IMG/VR virus record: IMGVR_UViG_3300049216_000067
Source: a virus
Reading direction: 5' to 3' (one strand)
Length of the DNA: 64,000 nucleotides
The first letter of the stretch is position 1, and every line of letters begins with the position of its first letter. The translations under genes and the position numbers were made by a program. The notes beneath the pieces were generated by a model. The model was not told where the DNA came from, searched no databases, and saw only the letters and a program-made list of their open reading frames with translations. Shown here in pieces: positions 36,761-43,667 of this stretch.

Positions 36761-36846
36761 TGGCGGAAGTGTGACGAATCGAACGCCACTAGCGAACCAG
36801 CGATCAGTTTTCAAGACTGCCCTCATCCCAGACGAGATACACTTCC
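36761..36846 (-). tRNA. tRNA-Ser(UGA)
   Basis: Loop CUUGAAA, long variable arm. Confidence 0.85.
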
Positions 36847-36851
36847 AAAAT

Positions 36852-36927
36852 TGGGGCGGCTAACGGGACTTGAACCCGTACTGACTCTTTCACAGAGAGT
36901 GGTGCTAACCATTACACTATAGTCGCC
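36852..36927 (-). tRNA. tRNA-His(GUG)
   Basis: Loop CUGUGAA, G-1/C73. Confidence 0.9.
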
Positions 36928-36933
36928 ATAAAT

Positions 36934-37007
36934 TGGATCATCCTCTAAGATTCGAACTTAGGTCACTACTTTCAGAGAGTAGGGTACTGCCGCTGTACGA
37001 AGGATGA
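36934..37007 (-). tRNA. tRNA-Gln(CUG)
   Basis: Loop CUCUGAA, U1-A72. Confidence 0.88.
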
Positions 37008-37014
37008 ATAAACT

Positions 37015-37089
37015 TGGTGTTCCTAGAGGGAATCGAACCCTCGTCGTGGGACTGAGAAACCCACATCCTAGCCTCTAGAAGATAGGAAC
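37015..37089 (-). tRNA. tRNA-Glu(CUC)
   Basis: Loop UUCUCAG. Confidence 0.85.
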
Positions 37090-37094
37090 AAATT

Positions 37095-37202
37095 TGGCCC
37101 CTCAGAATGGATTTGCACCACCTTCGTCGGCAAGGACGACGCTCTTTTAAATGATCCACCCGGACATGTGATCAAACAATCTTCTTTTGAGCTACTTCGG
37201 GA
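37095..37202 (-). ncRNA. tRNA-like RNA with greatly expanded D loop
   Basis: GCUC/GAGC D stem enclosing about 43 nt, 6-nt anticodon loop, GCCA end. Confidence 0.55.
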
Positions 37203-37250
37203 AATAAAGAAAGACATTTTGGCTCTAATTGCCTGGTGTGTTTCACTAAA

Positions 37251-37324
37251 TGGTCAGGATAGCAGGAGTTGAACCTGCGCCGCGAGCTTCCAAAACTCGA
37301 ACGCTACCGTAACGCTTTACCCTG
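37251..37324 (-). tRNA. tRNA-Pro(UGG)
   Basis: Loop UUUGGAA, C1-G72. Confidence 0.87.
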
Positions 37325-37395
37325 AGATGCGTGAATGACCTGGGTCAATCACGACTTTTGTGTCCCGCTTAGATTTGTCTAGCGGCTCGCACGTT

Positions 37396-37472
37396 TGGTG
37401 CCCAATGCGAGAGTCGAACTCGCAAAACCGAATTTTTGAGATTCGTATGTATGCCAATTCCATCAATTGGGC
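37396..37472 (-). tRNA. tRNA-Leu(CAA), short variable loop
   Basis: CGAAU-CUCAAAA-AUUCG. Confidence 0.87.
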
Positions 37473-37482
37473 GAACTTAAAT

Positions 37483-37558
37483 TGGATCACCGTGTACGAT
37501 TCGAACGTACATTTTCCTCGTTCAAAGCGAAGCGTCCTACCAATTAGACGAACAGTGA
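37483..37558 (-). tRNA. tRNA-Gln(UUG)
   Basis: Loop CUUUGAA. Confidence 0.88.
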
Positions 37559-37565
37559 ATAAACT

Positions 37566-37640
37566 TGGCGATCCCAAGGAGAATCGAACTCCTACTTTCT
37601 CTTAGACAGAGAGAAATCATAGCCATTAGATCATGGGACC
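37566..37640 (-). tRNA. tRNA-Asp(GUC)
   Basis: Loop CUGUCUA, G73. Confidence 0.88.
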
Positions 37641-37646
37641 ATAAAG

Positions 37647-37721
37647 TGGTACGTCTACACGGACTCGAACCGCGATTCTCCGCTAATCAGGCAGATGTCT
37701 TTGCCATTGGACGATAGACGC
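37647..37721 (-). tRNA. tRNA-Ile(GAU)
   Basis: Loop CUGAUUA. Confidence 0.87.
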
Positions 37722-37897
37722 ATATTAAAGTGAAAGCAATTCTCGTAGAGAATTAAATCTCTTTCCTGATTCATCAAGAAAGTAGACTTGGACAGTTTTT
37801 CCACCATCAACGACTGTGCATCGAGTGATGTGTTTACCGTCTACTACGATTGGATATTTTCTAGTGATCTGAGCCATGAGAAAATCTCCTTACTGAT

Positions 37898-37973
37898 TGG
37901 TGGGTCCTGTGGGGTATGATCCCACATCTCTGCGCTTAAAAGGCGTGACTCTTTCCATTTGAGTTAAGGACCC
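37898..37973 (-). tRNA. tRNA-Lys(UUU)
   Basis: Loop CUUUUAA. Confidence 0.87.
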
Positions 37974-37977
37974 GAAT

Positions 37978-38025
37978 TGGAGCGGCACCGACAGGTTAGT
38001 GTCGTAAGCTCTAGAACCGTGCCGC
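37978..38025 (-). ncRNA. 48-nt mini-tRNA with Gly-type acceptor stem
   Basis: GCGGCAC/GUGCCGC-UCCA plus a CGACA/UGUCG hairpin. Confidence 0.6.
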
Positions 38026-38031
38026 ATAAAG

Positions 38032-38106
38032 TGGTTGACCCTGAGAATTTCGAAATCTCGACTTTTGCCGTGTAAAGACAACGCTCTGCCTCTGAGCTAA
38101 GGGTCA
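38032..38106 (-). tRNA. tRNA-Val(UAC)
   Basis: Loop UUUACAC. Confidence 0.87.
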
Positions 38107-38112
38107 ATAAAT

Positions 38113-38188
38113 TGGTGTCCCGAACAGGAATCGAACCTGTACCTTAACGCTTAGGAGGCGTAAACATTATCCATTGTGCTACCGGGAC
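38113..38188 (-). tRNA. tRNA-Arg(CCU)
   Basis: Loop CUCCUAA. Confidence 0.88.
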
Positions 38189-38193
38189 GTAAT

Positions 38194-38276
38194 TGGCTCT
38201 CTCGGAAGGATTCGGACCTCCATCACTTACCGTTCGCGAAAACGGCAGTAAGCTCTCGATATTGAGCTACAAGAGA
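38194..38276 (-). ncRNA. tRNA-like RNA with elongated anticodon arm
   Basis: Normal acceptor, D and T arms with GCCA end; anticodon arm UUAC(UG)CCGUU-UUCGCG-AACGGUAA. Confidence 0.55.
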
Positions 38277-38283
38277 ATAAACT

Positions 38284-38367
38284 TGGTGGCTCTGATGGGA
38301 TTTGAACCGCATAGCCTTCTGGTTTGATGCTATCTAACCTGACGCTCTACTATTGAGCTACAGAACC
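38284..38367 (-). ncRNA. tRNA-like RNA with elongated anticodon arm
   Basis: GGUUCUG/CAGAGCC-ACCA and canonical D arm; anticodon arm of about 25 nt. Confidence 0.55.
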
Positions 38368-38372
38368 GAAAT

Positions 38373-38447
38373 TGGAGCGGAAGACGAGACTCGAACTCGT
38401 ATACTCTTGGTTGGAAGCCAGGGGCACAGCCTTTGTACCACATCCGC
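38373..38447 (-). tRNA. tRNA-Gly(UCC)
   Basis: Loop CUUCCAA. Confidence 0.88.
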
Positions 38448-38453
38448 ATAAAT

Positions 38454-38528
38454 TGGTACTCCGTAGGGGTGTCGATCCCCTTCCTACGCCTTGAAAGGGC
38501 GTCGATCTAGCCGGTAATCTAACAGAGC
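38454..38528 (-). tRNA. tRNA-Glu(UUC)
   Basis: Loop CUUUCAA. Confidence 0.88.
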
Positions 38529-38722
38529 ATAATCCGATATTTTAGCGTCGGCTTTAGCGCATTTTTGGGGCAGACCTAAGTCTAACCACTCCACCATCTA
38601 GTTTTTGAAAACTAGAAAATTAAAATGTGATCTACTCACCCTCTCACCATACTGAACCGAGAGAGGCTACGAAATGGTTCAGCCTGGATAGCTACTTGTA
38701 GATCTTTGCTATCGTATGATCG

Positions 38723-38798
38723 TGGTCAAGGTGGCGAGACTCGAACTCGCGATTCCATGCGCCCAAGGCATGTGGTATAGCCGCTAACCGACACCCTG
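38723..38798 (-). tRNA. tRNA-Pro(UGG), second copy
   Basis: Loop CUUGGGC. Confidence 0.87.
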
Positions 38799-38904
38799 AA
38801 AATATATTGAACCGGTTACGTCATCCGGTGTTGCTTGCGGCAACCGTAATGCCCACTCCTGCCGGGTGGTGGGCTGTCTCTACCCGCAAGATAGAGACTT
38901 TGTT

Positions 38905-38983
38905 TGGTGCCTCCAGCGGGAGTCGAACCCGCAAGTAACCCGCGTTTTAAGTGCAGTGCATATGCCAATTCTGCTACAGAGGC
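38905..38983 (-). tRNA. tRNA-Leu(UAA), short variable loop
   Basis: Loop CUUAAAA. Confidence 0.83.
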
Positions 38984-38987
38984 GATT

Positions 38988-39083
38988 TGGTAGTCCCACC
39001 AGGACTCGAACCTGGATCATGCGGTAATCTGCCGCCAAAGCCACTTTATAAGGGTGGTGTTTTAACCATTAAACTATAGGACC
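38988..39083 (-). tRNA. tRNA-Ile(UAU) with long variable arm
   Basis: Loop CUUAUAA; variable region of about 24 nt with a GCGG/CCGC stem. Confidence 0.8.
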
Positions 39084-39088
39084 GAATT

Positions 39089-39179
39089 TGGTGGTGCATC
39101 CAGGTAACGATCCTGGCTAGGCTTATTAGGCTCACCGGTTTTACAGACCGGTCCCCATCCTTAAGGGTTTTACTGCACC
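39089..39179 (-). tRNA. tRNA-Tyr(GUA)
   Basis: Loop CUGUAAA, long variable arm. Confidence 0.85.
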
Positions 39180-39186
39180 ATAATTT

Positions 39187-39261
39187 TGGACCCGCTGGCC
39201 GGATTCGAACCGACGTTCATTGAGGTAGAAGCTCAAGGCACATCCTCTATACCACAGCGAG
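39187..39261 (-). tRNA. tRNA-Arg(UCU)
   Basis: Loop CUUCUAC. Confidence 0.85.
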
Positions 39262-39593
39262 ATTATTTCTTTCTTCGTAGTGTACGATAGCGTGACAATT
39301 GGCACGCAGCACAACGCACTTCGCGATTTCTTCTTTCATCCTATGAATTGAATAGCCTTGCTTATGCATTTGGCTAATTTCAATATCTTTTTGTGATGGA
39401 TCAGAATGATGAAATTGCAATGTTGCCGGATGATTTTGTCCACATTTAGCGCACATTAAATTTTTTTGAATTCTTGAATCCATTCTTTCAATATAGATCG
39501 TCTTTCTTTGATTTTAGAGATTGCATGTTGTTGGTTCTTAGCGTACCAATCTCTACGAGATTGTCTGACTTTTTTTATATTTCTTATCGACAT
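39247..39593 (-). pseudogene. Frameshifted HNH endonuclease inserted in the tRNA array
   Basis: ATG 39593 after GGAG gives MSIRNIKK...EWIQEFKKI*. The HNH domain (CAKCG..LQFHH.DP..K...ANCH..H) continues in the -1 frame at the A7 run 39461-39467. Confidence 0.7.
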
Positions 39594-39629
39594 GACTCCA
39601 AACCTTATTTTGTTGTTTGGAGTATTTAG

Positions 39630-39706
39630 TGGCAGGTTGTGACGGTGACGATCCGCCTTTGATAGTTTTGGAGACTACGGTCTTAGCCAACGTAGACGAA
39701 CAACCC
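39630..39706 (-). tRNA. tRNA-Trp(CCA)
   Basis: Loop CUCCAAA, G73. Confidence 0.85.
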
Positions 39707-39712
39707 ATAAAT

Positions 39713-39787
39713 TGGTGCTCTCACTCGGAATCGAACTGAGTTCTCAGGCTTACAAAACCCGTGCATCGCCAACAATGCTTTGAGAGC
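39713..39787 (-). tRNA. tRNA-Thr(UGU)
   Basis: Loop UUUGUAA. Confidence 0.88.
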
Positions 39788-39827
39788 GTAACGACGGTTC
39801 TCTACTCTAGTACCGACAACACGTATT

Positions 39828-39901
39828 TGGTGGACCGTGAGAGAATCGAACTCTCAATAGTGACTTGCAAGGCCACTGTTATCCCATTTAACTAACAGCC
39901 C
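39828..39901 (-). tRNA. tRNA-Ala(UGC)
   Basis: Loop CUUGCAA, G3-U70. Confidence 0.9.
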
Positions 39902-39907
39902 AAATTT

Positions 39908-39983
39908 TGGTGGGTCCGCAGGGATTTGAACCCTGATCGTGCTCCTTAAGAGGGAGATATAATAGCCGTTATACGACAGACCC
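39908..39983 (-). tRNA. tRNA-Lys(CUU)
   Basis: Loop CUCUUAA. Confidence 0.88.
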
Positions 39984-40048
39984 GAATAAGACCATAACAA
40001 TCCGCGCCAGGGTGAAGCGTTTCTAATGTTATGGATAAAACCCTGCAA

Positions 40049-40119
40049 GATCCTTGACAGGAATTGAACCTGCTTCTCCCGATTCAAATTCGGGCGACTT
40101 ACCGTTTGTCTTCGAGGAC
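40049..40119 (-). tRNA. Degenerate tRNA with UUG anticodon (Gln-like), no encoded CCA
   Basis: CCCGA-AUUUGAA-UCGGG, GGUUCAAUUCC, one acceptor mismatch. Confidence 0.55.
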
Positions 40120-40250
40120 AGATCTTTTTTACGTGTTAGTCTCACGATCCGGACTCGGACATTAGGATTCAATAATGGAACTGTTGGCACATACGATGAC
40201 GAGTCGATGTTTAGGTTGTCAGCCTTAGTCAACAGTTCCGCGTTAATTTT

Positions 40251-40323
40251 CTCCAGCACAAGGAATCGAACCTTGCCACAAATCGTTAACAGCGATCCCG
40301 CACACCTTGCGCGTCTACTGGAA
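40251..40323 (-). tRNA. tRNA-Asn(GUU), no encoded CCA
   Basis: Loop CUGUUAA, G73. Confidence 0.78.
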
Positions 40324-40328
40324 TAAAT

Positions 40329-40486
40329 CGAAAATAAAGTGCGGGTGTCCTGGGCCACTAGACGAAGGCTCGCCGGTCGCGTGCGTGAGCACTTGAATCT
40401 CGGTACGTTTTCGAGAGCCGGTATAGATGAACCTGTTGGATTCGAACCAACGTTCCCCGCGTTAGAGTTTCCCTGCTTTACATCGT
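40329..40486 (-). ncRNA. Circularly permuted tRNA-like element (YrlA-type topology or permuted CUA tRNA)
   Basis: The 3' half (40467-40427) lies upstream of the 5' half (40372-40341). The halves complement in both the acceptor and anticodon stems. Confidence 0.7.
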
Positions 40487-40916
40487 GTTTCCCTAATAGG
40501 TACTTAACAATGCTGGACACGTTTTAGTCCAACCTGATTTAGGTGGTGAGGGCGACCAAGGTCATTCAATGGAATCCAAAGAATGCTTGAGAAATTGATG
40601 CTGGCTTCACGAGTTTCCTCGACGGATTTCCAGCTTCCAAAGTAAAAAGGCCACGCTTTGGCAAGCGATGGCCTTGTAATCTTGTTCCAGCGGTTCCATG
40701 GGAAGGAGTGACCGCGTGCCTAGCGTGCAAGAACGTTGCACGAGTTGCGTAGTGGAAGCGGGGATACAGCTGAACCTCTTCGGTTCGAAGGCTTATCTGC
40801 CTGAGATACTTCTACTACCTCTAATGCTTACTATCTTAGATTATTTAATCTTTAATAGCAAGTCTCATATTTATCTTCTAATTTCGAAAAGACTAACTAT
40901 TAAGAAAATTTATTTT

Positions 40917-41099
40917 CTAATAGTCATCCTCTTCATCAAAATCGTGATCCCCTAGAACGTCGTTCATTGTAAACCGTTGACGACGATATGGTTCTTTTGG
41001 AACACGGACCTCATTACTACGAGTCTTGGTCTTTTTGCTGCCACGATTTTGTCGTGACGGCTTAGTGAAATCATCTTTGTCTTCGTCTCTAAAAGCCAT
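40917..41099 (-). CDS. Small hypothetical protein
   Basis: Basic then acidic 60-aa ORF, packed. Confidence 0.6.
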   Translation of the reverse strand: MAFRDEDKDDFTKPSRQNRGSKKTKTRSNEVRVPKEPYRRQRFTMNDVLGDHDFDEEDDY

Positions 41100-41100
41100 A

Positions 41101-41325
41101 TTAGTGCTTTACAGGACCTCCGATTCTAGCCAAGTCTTCTGCCTCCTGAGCCATAAATCCAATTAAAAATCGTACAAACTGCTTATCTTCCAATTTTTCC
41201 AGATTCTCTGGTTTGATGTAAGCCCATGATTGTCCTACATAAACACAATAAGCCTTTAAGGTCTCATCGTATCTGAAGAAACAACCGAGTTCTTCCACAA
41301 GGTTAGATGCGTCTGTAACTTCCAT
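41101..41325 (-). CDS. Hypothetical protein
   Basis: Packed ORF. Confidence 0.6.
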   Translation of the reverse strand: MEVTDASNLVEELGCFFRYDETLKAYCVYVGQSWAYIKPENLEKLEDKQFVRFLIGFMAQEAEDLARIGGPVKH

Positions 41326-41357
41326 GGTTGATATATTAAAACACTTCTAATCTAAAG

Positions 41358-41858
41358 TCAAACAGTTTCTGTTCCGGCAGGATAATGCTTCTTTTGAGGG
41401 GCAACTGGGGCTGTCGGCGTTCCCGGTGCCTTACAAACTACGCTAGCAATACTAGCACTTCTAGTTCCTGGCGTAATTACAATTGTGTCATCTGGGTTTA
41501 CATCTGAAGCTAAAATTTTACCGTCTCTGTCAAATATGTAGATGTACAAATAGGTGCTCTTCATAGCAACACAATCAATTTGCTGTTTTGTAACTACAAC
41601 TTCTACTTCGTCATCTCTCTTGGTAACAAGAGAAATAAAGAAACTAGCTTTACCATCAACAAGCTTAATACTTGTGACATCAATAATTAAAACACCATTA
41701 GAGTCCGTGTAGAGCGGAAAGAACTTATCGTTTCCATTCGGAACGGCATCCTTAGGCAATTCTTCGATGGTCTTAGCGGTAGATTCTTTCTGGACATGAC
41801 CTTGAGCGATTCCGAAACTAAAAAGCGAAATTAGAGCAAATAAAGCTAGTGTTTTCAT
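41358..41858 (-). CDS. Secreted protein (surface-adhesin-E-like pattern)
   Basis: Signal peptide; ID.TSI, IDC, I.PGT....A..VC. Confidence 0.6.
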   Translation of the reverse strand: MKTLALFALISLFSFGIAQGHVQKESTAKTIEELPKDAVPNGNDKFFPLYTDSNGVLIIDVTSIKLVDGKASFFISLVTKRDDEVEVVVTKQQIDCVAMKSTYLYIYIFDRDGKILASDVNPDDTIVITPGTRSASIASVVCKAPGTPTAPVAPQKKHYPAGTETV

Positions 41859-41890
41859 GTGGAATCCTCAGGGTTATTAAGTATATATGA

Positions 41891-42214
41891 TCATCGACGG
41901 TTCTTGTAACGTTCCTCTAATTTTTTAACATTAGCACGAATAATTTCCTGCCCTTCGATCCCATGACGATAAGCAATCATCATCAAATAATATTGAACGT
42001 CACCTAATTCCTTGATCAACTTTTTCTTGTCAACTTTAGTGACAGATCCTTGATCACGCTGCGCTTTTTTAAGAAGTTCTGTGACTTCACCGGCTTCACC
42101 TGGAAGACCTAAAGACATGACAAAGTCATCAGCCAAACTTAATTTCTTTTTCTTGTCAGTCCACATGCTTGCGACCCAAGCCTGGTATTCATTCAGAGTC
42201 ATTTCTTTTTTCAT
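41891..42214 (-). CDS. MazG-like nucleotide pyrophosphohydrolase
   Basis: LGLPGEAGEV.E..KK..RD, ELGDV.YY, NV.KL..RY. Confidence 0.88.
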   Translation of the reverse strand: MKKEMTLNEYQAWVASMWTDKKKKLSLADDFVMSLGLPGEAGEVTELLKKAQRDQGSVTKVDKKKLIKELGDVQYYLMMIAYRHGIEGQEIIRANVKKLEERYKNRR

Positions 42215-42489
42215 GTGTGACGCACCTTTGGTTTGAATTTCATATAACTATCACGCTTCTTCATGCTGGCCTCACCTAATCGATATAATTTTTCTTCCTC
42301 TTCTGGAGAAATTTGCATTTCTTCAAACAACATAGCAACTACGGCTATAACATCCATGATTTCTTCTTTGAGATGAGCAATTCTTTCAGGTGTTTCACCA
42401 AAACGCATGATCTTGCTTTTAGCTTTAATGACCTCTGAACATTCCTCGGCCAAACATTCCATCAATTCTTCTTTCGCATTGTGAATCAT
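42211..42489 (-). CDS. Second MazG-like protein
   Basis: LAEECSEVIKA.SK..RFG...L.EEI.DV. Confidence 0.7.
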   Translation of the reverse strand: MIHNAKEELMECLAEECSEVIKAKSKIMRFGETPERIAHLKEEIMDVIAVVAMLFEEMQISPEEEEKLYRLGEASMKKRDSYMKFKPKVRHT

Positions 42490-42530
42490 GTAATCTCCAT
42501 AATTGAATCAATATTCTGCGCTATAGTTTC

Positions 42531-42866
42531 TTAAGACACAACATTCATAACATGAATGCTCCACAGATCAACAATAATTGTGATGCCAACAAGTCCCCAT
42601 AGCGCATACACAACAAAATCTCTAGTTCTACGATTTGAACGGTAGTAAACCAATATAACCGCGCCAAACAATGCCCATAAAGTAAAAATTTTCCAAGCTA
42701 ATAGCACCCAGACAGTTTGAAACACTGTAAGTAACCAATGATCTATTGGATTGGCTTCGGCATCAAATCCAGCAATTGAAATGATGTTTCTTGTGATAAA
42801 AAAATCAATGATGAAAAAGAAAGCTAATGACAACATTGCCGTAACGTATTGTCGAGCTATATTCAT
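42531..42866 (-). CDS. Membrane protein with EANP motif
   Basis: Three TM helices, D...T...EANP. Confidence 0.65.
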   Translation of the reverse strand: MNIARQYVTAMLSLAFFFIIDFFITRNIISIAGFDAEANPIDHWLLTVFQTVWVLLAWKIFTLWALFGAVILVYYRSNRRTRDFVVYALWGLVGITIIVDLWSIHVMNVVS

Positions 42867-43135
42867 AGTCCAACCGGATTTTCATTATTGGCTTTAGGGA
42901 CACATTCTACGCGACAGTAGACTGCTGTCGTCATTGGTGGTTTAGAACCAGGTGCCCAATATCGGCTAGATGGGGTAAAAATTGATACTGGCTTACCGTT
43001 TCGGTCGAACCAGCCGGTACTTTCTTCTGAAGTTATATAACAGTTACAATTCACACAAGTCCACACCGTATTTGATGTGGCAACATAACTAAATTCTTTC
43101 ACGTTTATTCCTTTAATTTTCCCATCTGTATGCAC
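42863..43135 (-). CDS. Hypothetical Cys-containing protein
   Basis: CVNC...CRVEC. Confidence 0.55.
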   Translation of the reverse strand: MHTDGKIKGINVKEFSYVATSNTVWTCVNCNCYITSEESTGWFDRNGKPVSIFTPSSRYWAPGSKPPMTTAVYCRVECVPKANNENPVGL

Positions 43136-43628
43136 AGAACATGTTGTAAATACCTTCTGAACGACCGTATGCCTCGACTTCCCAAGGTGAATTGTAATAA
43201 TCCCAATCCATTGTCTTGGATGTTGAAACTAGATACAGCTTGCCGTGAAAGCGAGATTGAATCCCGTTCGCATAGTCAAACAATTCACCATTCAAATACT
43301 GCTTCACATGGACCAATTCGTGTGAAAGCATCACTAGAAAATCGCGCATCCTATAACGCAAACTTCCTGATGATTTGATAGATGATTTGTTGATGTCGAT
43401 TGTAAACTTTCTACGTCCCTTGACTCGACCTTCATCACCCATCCAAGCACTACATTCTTCGAACTCTTCTTGCTGATCAACAGGTAGATCTGAAATATTA
43501 ATAGCAGTAAGTTTAATATCTGCCTTTTTAAGTTTTTCTTTGGACACCAAGTGGCCTAAAGTAAATGCCACAAACTCACGGATATAGGCACGCTCTTCAT
43601 GATTATCTATTCCTTTAATAGTTAACAT
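43113..43628 (-). CDS. Zinc metallopeptidase-like protein
   Basis: HELVHVKQY...PWEVEAY. Confidence 0.8.
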   Translation of the reverse strand: MLTIKGIDNHEERAYIREFVAFTLGHLVSKEKLKKADIKLTAINISDLPVDQQEEFEECSAWMGDEGRVKGRRKFTIDINKSSIKSSGSLRYRMRDFLVMLSHELVHVKQYLNGELFDYANGIQSRFHGKLYLVSTSKTMDWDYYNSPWEVEAYGRSEGIYNMFCAYRWEN

Positions 43629-43667
43629 CAGGGGTTGCCTCGTATGGGTAATACCCTATTTACGATA

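Noticed and set aside
40505-40535. TAGTCC resembling the group I intron S element near the permuted tRNA
   Set aside because: It is explained by a local GGAC/GTCC hairpin. No P3/P7 partner or splice-site context was found.
34700-40900. CRISPR array or hammerhead ribozymes in the RNA island
   Set aside because: The periodic TGG...TCGAA pattern is tRNA 3' ends and T loops, not identical repeats. I saw no CUGANGA...GAAA core with supporting stems.
35877-40955. ORF-track ORFs across the tRNA island (e.g. 36017-36412, 36543-36758, 40029-40520, 40698-40955)
   Set aside because: They overlap tRNAs or structured RNAs and lack an SD and phage-like composition.
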